From the human T2T-CHM13v2.0 reference genome, Homo sapiens, in the NCBI RefSeq assembly GCF_009914755.1, contig NC_060929.1: a stretch of 64,000 nt of DNA. One strand, written 5' to 3'. Positions 25,181 through 40,382 of this stretch are shown in pieces (position 1 is the stretch's first letter; each line of letters opens with the position of its first letter). The position numbers were made by a program, and so were the translations under genes. Below the pieces are notes generated by a model. It saw only the letters and a program-made list of their open reading frames with translations. It did no database searches and had not been told where the DNA came from.

Positions 25181-28100
25181 AATTTTAAAAGAGCAGGGTT
25201 TTTGTTGTTGTTGTTTTTTGAACTGGTAATTCTGACTTATACAGACATGACAAACTCCAAAAGGAAACCCAAGCAGCTATTTGGCTCCCTTAATTAATGA
25301 AGTCGCCCAGTATGGATAATTCAGGTAAAAAACAATTACTCCTCTTTCCTCATCAGATATCATGTTGTGATCTTGCATGTGTATAAGAATATGTGTTTGG
25401 AGAAGGAATTATTTTTACTGCAGAAAGTTTCTTCTTTGTGTTGGTTATGTAACATTAACTTCACTCATATAGCAACTTGGATGTGCCTGGAAAATAGCTC
25501 CATTATTTTGTCTATAACTATTCTGGTTCTCTTATAAATATAGAGTCCTATGCATTTTAAAATTCAGTCCAATCCAATAATTAAAACCATCCCTTTAGGT
25601 AATGCTGTCTCTTTTGGAAAACATGCCTAGTCTCCCAGATTTCTCAGCCTTCTGTCCACTTCCAGGCACCCCTTCAAGTTGGTGTCTGGGTGCTTTCACA
25701 GTCTAGGAGTGGTAGGGAAGAGCTGGTATTCTTTGGTGCAGAGACCTGTTGATCCTCTGGCTTTTGGGGTGCTGTCCTTCTCTATTGTCTTGCTGGCACT
25801 CATAGCTGATCTAGGCACCTTTTATGTTAAGTTGATCAACTCTCCCTCCCCTTGGCTTTGGTTGATGCTACAGAACATCTGTCTCTGCTTTATTCTCAAG
25901 TGGCTCCCTGGTGGAAAGCCCAAACTGAGCCTCTGCCATGGAAGCACCTTGCCTGCCAGTTCTCACCTCAGCTGCCTCGTCATTTCCCCTGGGGCTTAGA
26001 TGCAGGGTTTTGTAGAAATTCCTAGTTTCTATCCAGGCCACATTGAAACTCAGAGGAGTCTAGAAAGCCATTCCTCAAGGTTAAGAGATGAGTTCTCAGC
26101 AGGGGCAGCTCCAGAAGGTTGCATTCTAGAGTCAGGTATGGAATTTGGGACTGCTTTTCCCTTGAGCTTCCCAGCACACAACTACTAAGAAAAGAGAAAG
26201 CCAGAAAGGGAAATTGAAATGCAGTCTCAGATTGCTTTCCATCCTCTACCATTCTCAGCTCCCAGAAACAGAAGGGATGGGCTTAGTTCTCCTTTAACTT
26301 TATACTAAGCCCTTGTATATACAGCAGCAAGCCTCATGACCTAGAGAGTTCATAGGTGGATGGCATCCTCTCTTTATAATGAGAATTCTGATTGAGTCCT
26401 CTAGCTTAGTTTTGAAATGTTAAGTAGGTACTGAAAGAATTTAGCAAATCCATTTACTCTCCCCAAAGCCTTGCTTTCAAGCTAAATTCTTATTCTTTCC
26501 TGACCTAAAGCAGTAAGTTTTCTGGCTTGGCCTTGAAGATTAGACCAAAAAGAAATGTGATTTAGGGAATGTCATGAAATACACTGGTTATTATTTGCAA
26601 AATACTGTTCCTGGTACAGTTACATAAACACAGTTAAAAGTCCAGAAATCTATGTAGCTGAATGTGCGGTTTGCACTTTCTAGCTTCTGGTAAAATTAAC
26701 ATGACAATCACTTTCTAATCAATTTTGTCTAGCAAGTAGAAAAGGTGGAGAGCTAGTTTTATTGTAAGCAAAAGGTTGATAAGAACTTAGTAGATTATAT
26801 TTAGTATACAGCCTATAAAAAAGAGAAATAATTACAGCCATAGTGACAAAAACAGGCAAACACTTCTTTTATCAACAAATAACGAATTAACAAAAAAGGT
26901 GACTTTTACAGTGTAATGTTCCTGAGGAGTTTTTAAACTGCCAGTTTTAGAGATTGTTTTCTAAGTGTTTTGTCAGAAGAAAAAGCTTTAATAATTTTTA
27001 TTTTTTGAATGCTACAGTGTAGAGTTTTGTTTTATGTGATAGCAAAATAAATTCACTTCTGTTTTACTTTATTTTTTCTCATTCTATTTCACCATCTGTA
27101 GTGGGCCTGGTCAGATAGAGGTGAAAATTAAGTTACAGTAACATGAAAAGTATACCTAGAAAATCATGTGAATTCTTTAATGAAGGTTCTGCATTTACTT
27201 TACTTGAAGAAATATTTCCTTCGTGGTACAGACTGAAAATCAGAAGTATTGAATTAAATATTTGTAAAAGAATAGTGAATTATCCACTGTTGCATTGCAT
27301 TATATATCTTAGTCTTGGTATTCTATTCTAATTACAAGGTAAAATTTCTCCCAAATTCCAAGTTTACATTACAAATAAAACACATATAATGGCCACAACT
27401 CCTAAAATATTCTCCGAAATTATGGGCACATTTATTCATGTTAACATGAGGTTTGCATTTTAATGTAGAGGATGGCGCTGTGGATTGCTTTTGCGAATAA
27501 TTTCATTTAAGGACAGTTTGACTTTGTAAGAACAGATAAAACCAAAGCCAATTATGACATGAACTCTTCTCTCCTGTATGCATGGAACAGCATAAATAGA
27601 GAAGCTTGTTCTTTACTGCACTTGTCAAATCTTAATGTTTAAAAGTCTTAAAATTCAAATATATATTTATATCAATAAAAATTATACATAATGGATGGAA
27701 TGCTTGTAGCTGTACTCTTTATTTCCCCCCTTCAATCATTATATGAGTATTTATCACTCATACAAAAGTATACATCTGTAACTTCTTTAGTTTCGTTTCT
27801 TGAGAGATACCAGTTCCTCTCTTCTTTCTTATGAACCTAGAAGTGCAGATGTAGTATAATATTCTCATCCATGTAATATTATTACAGGGTTTTTTTTCTG
27901 TTGTTTCTGGTGGCTTAATGGCAAAAGTGAAATTTTTAAGATGATTTAAAAATTTCTTCTTCAAGTAGTAATTTAGGCAACACTTCTGAAGTGTAATTTG
28001 ACTTGAGGAATTTGGTACATATTTGTATAGTGGGCAGAGGCTTATTAAAATTATATTTACATACGATATGAAATGATATGATACTTAGAAATATTTTAAT

Positions 28101-31100
28101 TTCAGGACTATACTTTGTCATGATTTCTGGAAATTTTCATTTTTGGAAAAGGGAATTTTGCTGACTTATGCACACCACAGTAATTATTGCTTTTAATGTA
28201 AAATATGGCTTAAACCTGATCTTTCTAGTAACTATACCAGGACACCAGTGATGTTCTTTAACTCTCCTTTGCCCTCTGGAGATAATATACAATTTAGCAT
28301 CTAAAACTATAATACATCATTGTCAAAATTTTTTTCTTAAATATATGAAAAAGAATACATTTTTCAGATAGTTATGCCTTCACTTTGTAAAGTTTCTTCT
28401 TAAAAGCAACACAAAAATGAAAATGTGGAAATGGAAAAGAACTCCTTTTTTAAAACTATTATTCTTTGGTGGGATGGGGGGCTAAGAGGGAATCAGTTAA
28501 CATGGTTTTTAATTTGTCTCAAGGCGTGTGGAAAGAAACTGGCTTTCTAGAATGTACGTGGTTGAGTATCGTACAGAAATAAATATCTCCCCCTTGGAAT
28601 TTAAATTGTATCTAGTAGTACTATTTTTATACCTCTTACTAGGAAACGAAATACCTCTAAATTTAGTGCTTTGGAATTTTATTTCCACTAAAAATTTCTT
28701 CAGATATGTGAGCACCATAGTAACAGCTTTGAGAGCTGATTCTTCATTACAGTTCCCCGATAAGAGCTTCACTCAAGACAGTTCCTCTGGGATGACTGAG
28801 ACTAAAAATCAATTCTGATAACATTGGAACAAATTTAAAGGCCGAAAAAAAAAAAAGAAAATCAGAGAAAGCATGCATGCTGTGGATAAATAGAGCTTCC
28901 CTTAAAAATTCTTTTTTCAGACAAAAATCTAAAGTGCATTTTCTCAAAACTTTTTTATTTCTTGTATTATTTTTATACCTAGGTAGGATTTTTCTTGCCT
29001 TTGGAAAAAATAAATCTCTTACCAGAGATATGAAAAATTCAGCTGAATTTATTTATGGCCCTAGTAAAGGTCTTTTCATGCTCTACAATGACAATATTTT
29101 TACAAAACCTACAGGTAAGTAATATGGGTGTGGAAAGATGAATGCAATGAATCTATTTTAATAAAAAGTTAATAATTCATTATTTTCAAGAAAATCATTG
29201 CCTTTAAAAAAACTATGTAGTACACTAGACTGAGCTCTGATCATCTTAAAAAGAAGTCTGTCAAAATAAATCAGGTTGATAACTGATTAGCAGAACGTGT
29301 AGTCTGTCATTTTTAAATATGTGCCCAATTTCTTCACATAAATCTTACCTTTAAAATCTTCAAGGGGAAAATTTATTTTGGGCACATTGGCCATGAATAT
29401 CAGTTGACATTTATACAGCGCATAGAATTTATACTGTGGGTTAGGATGTCGGCCATAATTCTAGACTGATAGTTTGTAAAGGGAAGATTCCATTTTGTAC
29501 TGTTTATAAAATGTTACTCTGCAGTTCCGTGCTCCAAGACTAACAAAGTCTATCCAAGTATAGTCAAGCACTGCAGTTTAACTTATTGCATTCATTAAAC
29601 TAGGCTTAGATTGTCCTAATTATATGTTATCAACAATTAAGAAATGGATCACATGCCATAGATTGGCTAAAACATTCTGTATTCTTGGCTGGATGCCAGT
29701 GGAGGTGTCAAGTTCCATTCTACCTTGTCATCAGCTGCATCTCTGCTTTTGCAGTACAAGCAGCAGCTGTGCTAGACAAAATAATCTAAATTCTCACGTG
29801 TACTTTTCCTTTAGGAAACAGCTCACACTGAATTGCATTTCTAGTGTGAATGGTACTACACCTGAGTGAGTTTGTGCTGAAACGTATTTTATGCAAATAA
29901 TTTTTAACTGATATAATCTTTCATGACTTTTAAATGTGTTTGTTCTATCAAAATAATGGTCTTACTCTTCATGCTGAAATTATTACCAAATGGATTCTGT
30001 GGGCAGCAAAGTACTCTGCTCATTCGGCAATGATTTTCCTATACCTCAAATTACATAATTTTATAGGTGCTCTGTTTCAAAGGAAAACAATCTTTATTGA
30101 TCCAAGTAGTCAAAATTAATCATGGATCTCTGATCTCAAAACTCCTGGCAAAATCCTTTTATTCAGAACACCCATATGCTAGACGCTCAACACTTCACAA
30201 ATCCTTGTGGGAGGATGGGTTTTTCAGTCTGATTGTTCAATCTAGTGCAGCTTCTGAAAGTGGAGATTCAGCAAGGCTTTCCCCTGAGCAGAGGCAGGCA
30301 CAACCAATTTTATGAGTAGCTAAATTTGACCTGGCTTTTGCGTTACATTGTCATCTTTGTTCTTGGTAATGTAAAAATGGGTTTTAGAAGTTGTTCTCCT
30401 TTCCATGTGTCTGACAGAGGGAAGATCCTCCCGCAGCAGCAGGTGTGTGTTGCAGCAGGATCTGAGAGTCATGGTGCCAGAGCACCATGCTAAGTAAATA
30501 GAACCCAACAGCTGGGTCTCCTTTGCTCCTGGAATAGATCCTGTACTACACAATCATGGAAAGTTAGTCCGCATGAGAGGCAGTGACTTTAAAGTTCACC
30601 ACAGAATTTACATATGTGTTGACATGCATTTTCAGGTCACCAATTTACTTGGTTATTAAAAGCTTTACTGCATCATATACGAATCAAAGTGGAGGGGTCA
30701 TGCCAAGTCCTTACTCAGAAGGAGAAGATAATGGAAGAGATGCAGAACACCCAGGCAAGGTCTCTACTTTATATACAGCTTGTCCTAGGCCATTTTGTAA
30801 TGGCATCTGCTGAGACCACGTCTTACTGGATCATTTAACTTTTCAAATTTTGCTTCACATTCAGAAATCCTTGTGATCCTGTGCAACTCACAGAAATATG
30901 ACAATAAATTCCTTCACCAAAACTAACTTCCTGGAAATAATAATTTTCTTTGATTTCACAAAATATATTTTTTCTTTGTCCTTCAGTAGATGATCTATTT
31001 AGGGATGCCGGCAAGTGCTCTCAAGAGAAAACGTATTCTGTTTCATCCAGGTAATATATCAACCCCTCTGCTCACAAGCCAGCCAATCAAATACTATAGT

Positions 31101-31116
31101 CCCATCATTTATATAC

Positions 31117-31119
<3 letters not shown>

Positions 31120-31173
<54 letters not shown>
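31120..31173. repeat. (CT)27 microsatellite
   Basis: Read directly; followed by (CCCT)n. Confidence 0.97.
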
Positions 31174-31180
<7 letters not shown>

Positions 31181-33069
31181 CCTCCCTCCCTCCTCTGTGC
31201 TGTCTGCTGTCATCTATCTGCACTTGGGTTAATACTGCACACTGGGCTATAAGAAATGCAATTCTAAATAATCAGTTCTTCTGGCCTTTGGACAACACAA
31301 TCTTGGTGCAATAATACATTAGTAGTGGATTTGCCCATTTGGGTAATCATTTATCTTGGCATACGGGCAGTGTCTGTCCTTAGTAATTGCTTAGTGACTA
31401 TATGCTGGCTGAGGACTCTAATTTGACTTGCTTTCTTTTTATATAACCTATTTATCTAGGTGCATCTTTCACTCTGCTTGTGATTTTTGACTTTTGGGGG
31501 AGTTTCCCAAGAGATGTTCAGCATTTGGTTGGGGGAAGGTGATTAAAATTCCCTTTCCTCTTCAGATTATTTTTCTTCTTTTTTTGTTGTTGTTAGAAAT
31601 AACTTTTTTCACTGTGTACTTTTTAATTATCTATTGCCTATCTTCTTATATCTTTATTTACTCTTTTGAAACAGACCGTTTTGCTCTCTTTTGTCAGCGT
31701 TTTCTCTCCTCTTACTCTCCTTTATGCTACCATTTAGGTTCATGCTAAATTGCTGGGACAGCTGCTTTCTTTGACCTCCTCTCGACTTTGCTGACCACAT
31801 CACCAACTGGCAGGGTGTGGTGCCTTAAGACCTTCCAAGAGACTTACTTCCAAATGGAAATAATGGAGTAACATTTTGTATGATAAAACATGAGAGAATT
31901 CCAGTAATCTTAAGCATTTTAAGGTACAGCATATTGCTCAAATGATTATTAAAATTCTGAATCTGAAAAGCAGTTGATCTCACATTGAAACTGCTTGTAG
32001 AATACCTGATTCAGATAGTGGTCATTGGTTAATAACAGCAACAGAAGGAAGCCCTGGGACCCATCTAGTAGGGAACCCCTCTTCTTCTAGAAAGTAATGC
32101 ACCAAAGCTATTCTCTGTAGAAGACTGTTTTGTCTTTTCTTAAGAAATGGAAAGGAAATAATTTTTAGATTCCTGTCTATTGTCTTACGACTTTTATAGC
32201 TATTGAATTATTTGAACTAAATCCTCTTCTTTTTATTAGCCTCTTCTTTCTCAAACACATATACTTACAACTATACACACATGCTCACAATATAGTGGGC
32301 AAAACAGGCTTTTTTGTTGCTCTGTATCATTAGGAGGAAAATTATTTTTTCAGATCATAGGAGTAGAGGTTTGTTTCATTTCAAAATACTTAGAACTAGA
32401 ACCAAAGTTGAGTGTGTTAGTGCCGAGAAACATTTCTCTTGCTTGAATCAAGAGCCCAGTGCATCATTTTTGCCACTTTCATTCTTCTTTATTTCATCAG
32501 CAACCTTCTCTTCAGCTACTATGCAGTAAAAAATGTTTGCAAGTAGTGTCTGGTGCTTCCATGTGGTATGCCCAGCTGCTCAGGGGGAATGCATGGGACA
32601 GAGGGAGGCCCTTTTATACTCTGTAGCCGGCAGGACAAATCACTGAAATCCTCTTAGATATTAGAGGGGAATATCGTGAGCTATTCTGAAATCTCAAAAG
32701 GACTAACAAAGTTCATTCCATTTGTCATTGAAATGTGACAGTGATGTAGAACAAAACCTTTCCGCAGTGGGGGCTGGCTGCACCGAATTCCTTTTGCAAC
32801 AAGGAAATTAGGTCAGAAGAAATTTAGGTCAACACCTTACAGAGATGTCCCCATGCCTGAAAGGAGCCAGGAGAACTTAAAACATTCCACACAGAAAGGT
32901 TATTGTTTTTATATGTAATTTGAAAAATGGTACCTTCCAAAGCTTAATGTCATATAAATTCAGCTATGATTCAGCAAAGAAAATTACCTTTTGCATCACT
33001 AGCACTGCTTCTGATAAATCCAGGCACGATCCTGAGGTGCTTCTAACCAAGCCCAGCCGACCGACCCAG

Positions 33070-33790
33070 TTTAATCATACAATTCAAGACATATTTATCA
33101 AGTCTTGATTATGTACAATTAAACTATTAGATAATGTAAAGGTTGTAAATATTAATAAGTACCTCCTCCCACTAACCCCATCTTTACCATTAGGAAGTTA
33201 TAAGCTAAGGAGGAGGAGAAGATTATGGGGTAAATTAAAATGCAATATAGCCTATAAGTCATTGATTCACTTATCATAGTGCAAATGAACTCCTACTGCA
33301 TGCCAAAGACTATGAAAGTGATATACAAGAGTTAAAGTAAGTGATTCTGGATGGAGAAGAGAAAGAGATCAGTTTAGTTTGGGGTGGACAAAAAGGAATA
33401 CTTTCTTGAAAAAAGGGCAGTTTAACTGAACTTTAAATGGATATAATTTCAAAAGATGGAGGTAAGTAAGAGGTCCCTGAGAGGAAGTGTTGGGAAGAGG
33501 GACACAGTGGGTGGGGATGCCTGGACGAGGGGAGGCAAAGAGACCCCATGGCTGAGAATGTTAGGAGGAGAGAAAAGCATGTGCAATGGCAAAGGGGTAG
33601 ACAAGAATGTGCTGTATTTGGGGAACAAATGACCCATGTTGATTATATTGACCACAAAAGGCAGAAATTGAAGTAGTTAGAAAGGGTAAGTCAGAATCCT
33701 ATTTAGACATGCCTTGAATACCAGGCTGGGGAGTGGCATGAGTAGGGTGAGCCATCCTGTGGCTCCATGGAAAGGATTCTGGTGACTTGG
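33070..33790 (-). mobile_element. L2 LINE fragment
   Basis: Antisense tail attcaagacatatttatcaagt; ctgaactttaaatgg; gccttgaataccaggctggggagt. Confidence 0.65.
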
Positions 33791-34879
33791 ATGGCTCTTC
33801 TCACCAGTCACGATGGCTGAATACAGGCTAGCAAAGTTATTCCATAAATCCTAAACCATTGTTCTGGAACGTCTTTAGATATAAAGTTACTTGATCAACA
33901 TCTCTACTGTCAATATTGAATGTATATTTCTTAAGCAAAACAAGTGTAATTTTACTAAATCCACTTTTTAAAGTATCCCAACTGAAGTCTAATTTGGCAT
34001 TTGGCCAGTTTAAACAAAAAAATGAATGAGAAATATAAAAAATGAACACGGTTTTTATTTTCATTGGTTATGTGACCACCTTCTCACTACATACATCAGT
34101 TAGCAAAGTCTGCTTTCAACTGTGGAAATTTCATTATCACATCTAATTCTGGTTTGGTAGCACATTAAACTTTCAAACAGTTAATGACTCTGGTTTTCTT
34201 TCTGTTCAGCTTTACCTTTCATAAAGCACCGGCAAGAGGAAAGAAATGACAGTAAGACTGAATTATGAACTTTAAAAAGTTGAGAACAAGTAACTACTTG
34301 TACTGTGAAAGCTACTCTCTCTGCTGTTGATTAACTGTCTGCAATAGGTCAGTGGTGAGCACTGTGTACCGTGGCGATGATTGTTGCAGCAGACAGGCAG
34401 AGTAAATCACAGAGATGAGTGGGGGACCCAAAGGGAGGAATTTCTTTTAGCCTCCTATTTAACACATAGAGATTACTGAAACTCTGCTTTCATAAAATGG
34501 CTCATTTCACAGACTAATTTCCAATATCTTCCATAGATCACAATTTTAACAAAAAACAAAACAGCATTTGTAGTGAAGAATAGATTAGTTTTTGCTTACC
34601 TTGAAGTTCTTTGGAAATTGGTGAGTGAAGACTTTTTGAATAAGACTTTGATGCCAGAACTTTGTGGGTGGAGAGCAGGGAGAGGTTGTGTGTATGTATG
34701 TATGTACATATAATCTATATATAATATATGTATATCTATATATATGCACAGTTTCATGTATAACACACATATTTACACACACATGCACATTCACAATATA
34801 TATTGATGGGAATATCAGGAAGGAAGAAAGAAAGATTAGCTGATCTCTTACCATATTTTCTCCATTGAGATTGGTTCTA

Positions 34880-35065
34880 ATATCCCTCCATTTTAGATGA
34901 ATCTGAGGCTCAGAGAAGTTAAATAAATTAGATAAATAAATAATTTAATTGCATAAATTAAATAAATGTAGGCCCAAAGTAAAAAATCCAGAAGATAGTG
35001 GGATCCTAATCTAGGTCTAACTGGTCACCAAAGCTCAGAATACAGGCTCACACTCTTTCCACCTC
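34880..35065 (-). mobile_element. MIR fragment
   Basis: ccattttagatgaatctgaggctcagagaagttaaataa...ctaggtctaactgg...cacactctttccac. Confidence 0.7.
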
Positions 35066-37569
35066 ATCCCCTGCTTTCTTTTCTTTATTCTCCTGCTAGT
35101 GTTATATCAAAATGTGTAAAAATGGTTCTCAAAAGAAATACAATAAAGTAAGTAAAAATGACTTAAATTTATTAAAAAGATGTTACTTAGCCAAAATGAA
35201 GACCAGAGAGGAAAACACACCATGAGGCTGGATGTGAATTTAATGACAAAGATGACTCTCATTTTCTTAGCAGCCAAGCCAAAGAAACAAAAGTGAACAA
35301 TATACAAACGAGTTACTCGGAATTACCCCCAAAGAACAACATTACAGTTTTATATGGCTTGTTTCTTATGATGCCCTTTGTCTGTGATGTTTGCTATAGC
35401 TCTCCGATGGTCTAGCTCAATTTCTCATTTTATCATTATAATCTCATACATTTTTATGCATGGTGCACACATGGACTCCTTGGCACAAAGAAATAAAATG
35501 TTGAACAAGTCCACACCTCAGGCTATATTAATCCTCACTGGAGAGATAAGCTGTCATCATTAAGAAGTAACTGTCGAGTAAGGGGGTTGATCTAGCAGAC
35601 TATAGAGAATCCTTACACCGTAGTCATGCCATGGTCATGTATGTGCATCTTAGTGTGCCTGTGCATGTGTCTTACAACACCCTGTCATATGTCTTTGTCT
35701 TACTTTGCCATCTATTTATTATTCTCATTGTTACTCATGAAGAAGCCTTTCTACATACCTTCAAATGACAGTTATTTCACAACTCTATACCGTTTTCATC
35801 TAGACCTTTACATGTTCTGATAATGGAGTCTATGCCATCGAGAACATTTGTAATCGTAAATGAATGCCTTTTTGTGCATCGGTTAGGTGGGATGACTTGT
35901 AAAGATGAGGTTTGTAAAGAAGAGTTTGAAGACTGAAGATCTGCTAGACAAAGTAGAAAACTAAGGAACCTGATGCTGGCTCCACAAGTTCTCACACTTG
36001 CTTTTAGTTTGTTAAAAAAAAAAAAAAAAAAAGAGTAGGCTTCAAGTTCATTTTATTTGATTGGGTGCAATAGTGTTCCAAGAAAATATAAGATTACTTT
36101 CCCTCTTGTTTGCCTTGATATATATACTCTGTAGGGAATCATAATTATAGAAAAAAGTTCTTCTTCTTTATTAAATCTAATTTAATATAAACTTGCTGTT
36201 TAGAAAAATACTAAAAATGAGTTTTACTAGCCTGATTTGTTTTTACAGAAATACTATCAACCGAATAGAACTGAAAGAGAAATCAAAATATTCTTACATC
36301 CATTCTGAATCTAACATTCTCCAGTATATCAGAGAATCAGGCTCCATAAAAACGGCTAAGCAAACTAGGTCACAGATAACAAGGTAGCAATTAAAATGAC
36401 TATATCAATTATTTGGTTATTTCCCAATATTTCACTCTGTAGGATCTTTTATATAGGACCCTCATTTAGTACTCTACTATGAAGAGAAAACTGTTTTTTA
36501 ACATAACATTATTTATAGAATCATTTAAAATATGATGAATGGGAAACGAGCATTCATTAAAAAGGCTGGGGGGGATTACCAGAGAGCTCTCATTTAGAAA
36601 TATCTTCAACTAAAATGACTGAATTATAGTTGATGTGGTAAAGAAGAAATTTAATATGTTACCTAAAGAATATCATTTGGAATGTTTTAGTTTGTCTCCT
36701 CTCTGCTCTAGGAAATATGCTTTCTCCAATAGTGGATTTCCTACTGCACTTTACATCAGTGCTTTTTCCACTGTTGTTCCTTTCTTAAACCTAGATTAAC
36801 CTATTACTTTAAAAACCTGGACCTTTTACAGTGTTCTAGGAAACCAAGCCTGAGTGACCAGAGACTTGCACAAATGATTTTATTGAGCCTGTTCTGTTTA
36901 TTTAACTGCTCTTATTTGATCCTTATAATTGAATTCTTACACCCTCCCAAAAGACAAAACCTTGTACTTTGAATTGTACCATACATTAAAACGAGTTGTT
37001 GAGAGCTTTCTAGTATTACTAAACCTCCTTATGGCTTTTTGGAGCCAGTTCTCCTGAGATTATGTTTGGCTGTCAGAGGGAAGTCAATAGGAGCAGGGGT
37101 TTCAAACTATACCAAAGAGCTGAGAAAGATTCCACTGATTCAGCATCTGTCCTCACTGCCCTAGGTAGGGTTCACTAGCATATATTTTCTAAAAAATAAA
37201 TATTAGGGAAAGTATATGTGGTCAGATCCCATGCTGCATGCTGGGGGATTCAGGTTTGGTCCTTGCCCTTGGACAGTTCTATTCCCTTTATGTACTCTGA
37301 TTAAAATCAGTTTTACTGCACAAAGATTTGTTTTCAGAGGAATTTCCCAGGAAAGCCTTTTTTCCACATTTCAAACTATGGTCCTACTGTCACATTCAGA
37401 ATTTGAGATCCTTTTAAAAACAGTAATAGAAGATTCAAACTTATGTTACTACTAGTGAATGATAAATTTCCTTTGAAATGACTTTACACATTTAGGCTAT
37501 CGTTACTATGCTACTTTTAAACTATGGTAGTAATTGAAGAATTTTCACGATATGGCTTTGCCCCAAAGT

Positions 37570-37985
37570 GTACCAAGTAGGAATTTGATTAACAGCAACC
37601 AACCAAGGAAAGCCTAAAGTTCCAGCGCTGGTGTGTTATTCCTTGTCTTCAATGTGCCTTAGGATCCTTCGACATTTCTGCTCCACAGTTGTGACGAAGG
37701 AAGTTCTGTACAAAATGTGACCATTTTAGGCAGAAAGAAAAGGGAGGGGAAAAGGGCACATAAATGTGCCAGCTGAATGAGTCTCACTCAACAGCTTCTG
37801 CTTACATTTATTGGTAGAACTTAGTCATAGGCTCCCTACCTTTAAGGGAGGCTGGGAAATACAGTCTTTAGCTAATTATACTGCAACCCTTAGCTACATC
37901 GGGTTCTGTTCATAAAGAAGGAAGAGTAAATTGTTCATAAAGAAGAAAGAAGAAGGATATCATGTTGGCAACTAATCATCTCCGC
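37570..37985 (-). mobile_element. MLT1 (K/L-like) MaLR LTR
   Basis: cttctgcttacatttattggtagaacttagtcat...aagggaggctgggaaatacagtcttt...ggcaacta. Confidence 0.7.
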
Positions 37986-38016
37986 TTTAAGTCTCAAAAT
38001 AAAAAATAGCAATCTG

Positions 38017-38371
38017 GGCCAGACATGGTGGCTCACACCTGTAATCTTAATATTTAGAGAGCCCAAGTTGGAAGGATCACTCAAGCACAGGATTTTGAGA
38101 CCAGCCTGGGCAACACAGTGAGTGAGACCCTGTCTCTACAAAAAAATTAAAAATTAGCTGGATACTGTGGTGTGTGCCTGTAGTCCCAGGTACTTGGGGC
38201 ATTGAGGCAAGAGGTTACTTTGAGCTCGGGTGTTTGAGGCTATGATGAACTATGATTGTAGTGCTGTACTCCAGCCTGTGCAAAAGAGTAAAACCTTGTC
38301 TCAAAAAAAAGGAAAAAAAAAAAAAGAGAGAAAAAGCAAAAAACAAGCAAAACAAAAACAAACAAAAAGAC
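38017..38371 (+). mobile_element. AluJ (Jo/Jr-like) with a long A-rich tail
   Basis: ggaaggatcactcaagcacagg and gcctgggcaacacagtgag. Degenerate TSD aaaaaatagcaatctg / aaaaaatagaaatgtg. Confidence 0.92.
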
Positions 38372-38767
38372 AAAAAATAGAAATGTGGCTCAGAGTTTTA
38401 AATAAAAACAAAACTCTAAGTGGTCAAAAGAATGTAGTGTCTAAGAGAAAAGTTAGGCTTATTTCCTAACTGTGCTAGATTGTGGCAGTTTCTTCCATAT
38501 TTGTTGGCTGAATTCATTTGAGCTACCATGAGGTAGAGAAATAAAACCTGGACCAGTAGTCAGGCGAAGGAGGTTCCACTCTCAAATCTGCTGCATTGTT
38601 ACTTGCAGTGAATTTATCTTTCTGAATTCCAGACTGAATTAATGATTTTCAAATTTTTCTTAAAGCAATGAAACACTTTGTTCAAACAGAGGCCACCTGT
38701 AAAATACCCAGCACTACTTGGGTTGAAGTTGGATGTGGTGATAGTAGATCAGAAATCCTACTTGGTT

Positions 38768-39106
<339 letters not shown>

Positions 39107-40382
39107 TTAATATTCCACATGTCATCATTAAGGCGAGACCAAACCCTAGTTGCCCTAAGAAGCCATGTGGTACCACTTGGAGTACGTCTAGGCATTATTA
39201 AATGTAGTTTTCAAAACACTGTCTTTTATTTTGTTCAACAAATGAATTACATTTCCCTTTTCTTTCTGTTACTCATTTTCAATAGTCTCCATTTTGTAAA
39301 ACTTCTTACTACATTCTTTTCAAACTGTGGAAATAGTGTGTGGCTCCTGGGAAATTCTCAGAGGTTTAAATTTTTGCATTTTCCCCAAAATTTGTTTGGT
39401 TTCCTACATGGATTTTTTTTTTTAACCCTCTGCCCAATACTTAAATCACATTTACAACATCACACATAGCTCATGGGGAGAATAGTAATGTTTTTGCTTC
39501 AAAGGTCATCATAACAGGAGGTCAGTGAAAAATCAAATATGACTTTAAAAACATAAGAGCAGAAAGACACCCACAAAACTGGGCATGTGGATTGAGCGCT
39601 AGATGGGTGGTCAACCCAACCCAGACACTCCAGCAGTAGTCCAACCACATAACATACCGGAAAACTCCAAAGTTGCTAACTAAGAAGCTAGTTTTATTTT
39701 ATTTATTTTTTTTCAAGAATTCTATTTCTAGTCACTGCTATCAAGAGGTAGAAAATGTGCTGATTTCTTGTGTTACTTCATATTGGTCTTTTATATAAGG
39801 TGTTTTTATGAAGATATAAAATGTATTTACACTTTGGGGTTTTATGAACATAGAATAATACTCAATAACTCAGCATTTTCTTAGTGTACCAATTGAAATC
39901 ATCAAAAATAACCTTTAATTTTTGCATACTACATGTTTATAAGTTAAAAATTTTAATGAGCTAGTAGTTCACATAGTTTCATTAGTTTATTTTTTACTAT
40001 TCTGAATAGAATCTTAGACTTATAAAATCTTATCACTTTAATGTTGCCTGTTAATTCAAGATTCCATGAAGTATTTTCTTTTGGTTGGAGATCAAAGTTT
40101 TGGAGTTAATCATATTTTAAACATAATGAAATTTATAAAGTGTATGAATTGCTGAACTTTTTATATCCGTTCACATCAGAAAATGTGTCAGACTGAGTCT
40201 GGCTTTTGATCACTAAATTAAAAAAAAAACCAAATACTTGTTTAGTTATTAAAGCGTATTATGTGGAATATTTGATACTCACATCCATATATTTATTTTG
40301 GTCGTTCACCTTTAAGATAGAGTTAGAGACAATTCTTCTTTCACATGCAAAAAGAGTATGGGATAAAAAATGTCCTTTACTG

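Noticed and set aside
37907-37944. Short tandem duplication tgttcataaagaag (also tatggaaggct x2 near 59791)
   Set aside because: Ordinary slippage duplications.
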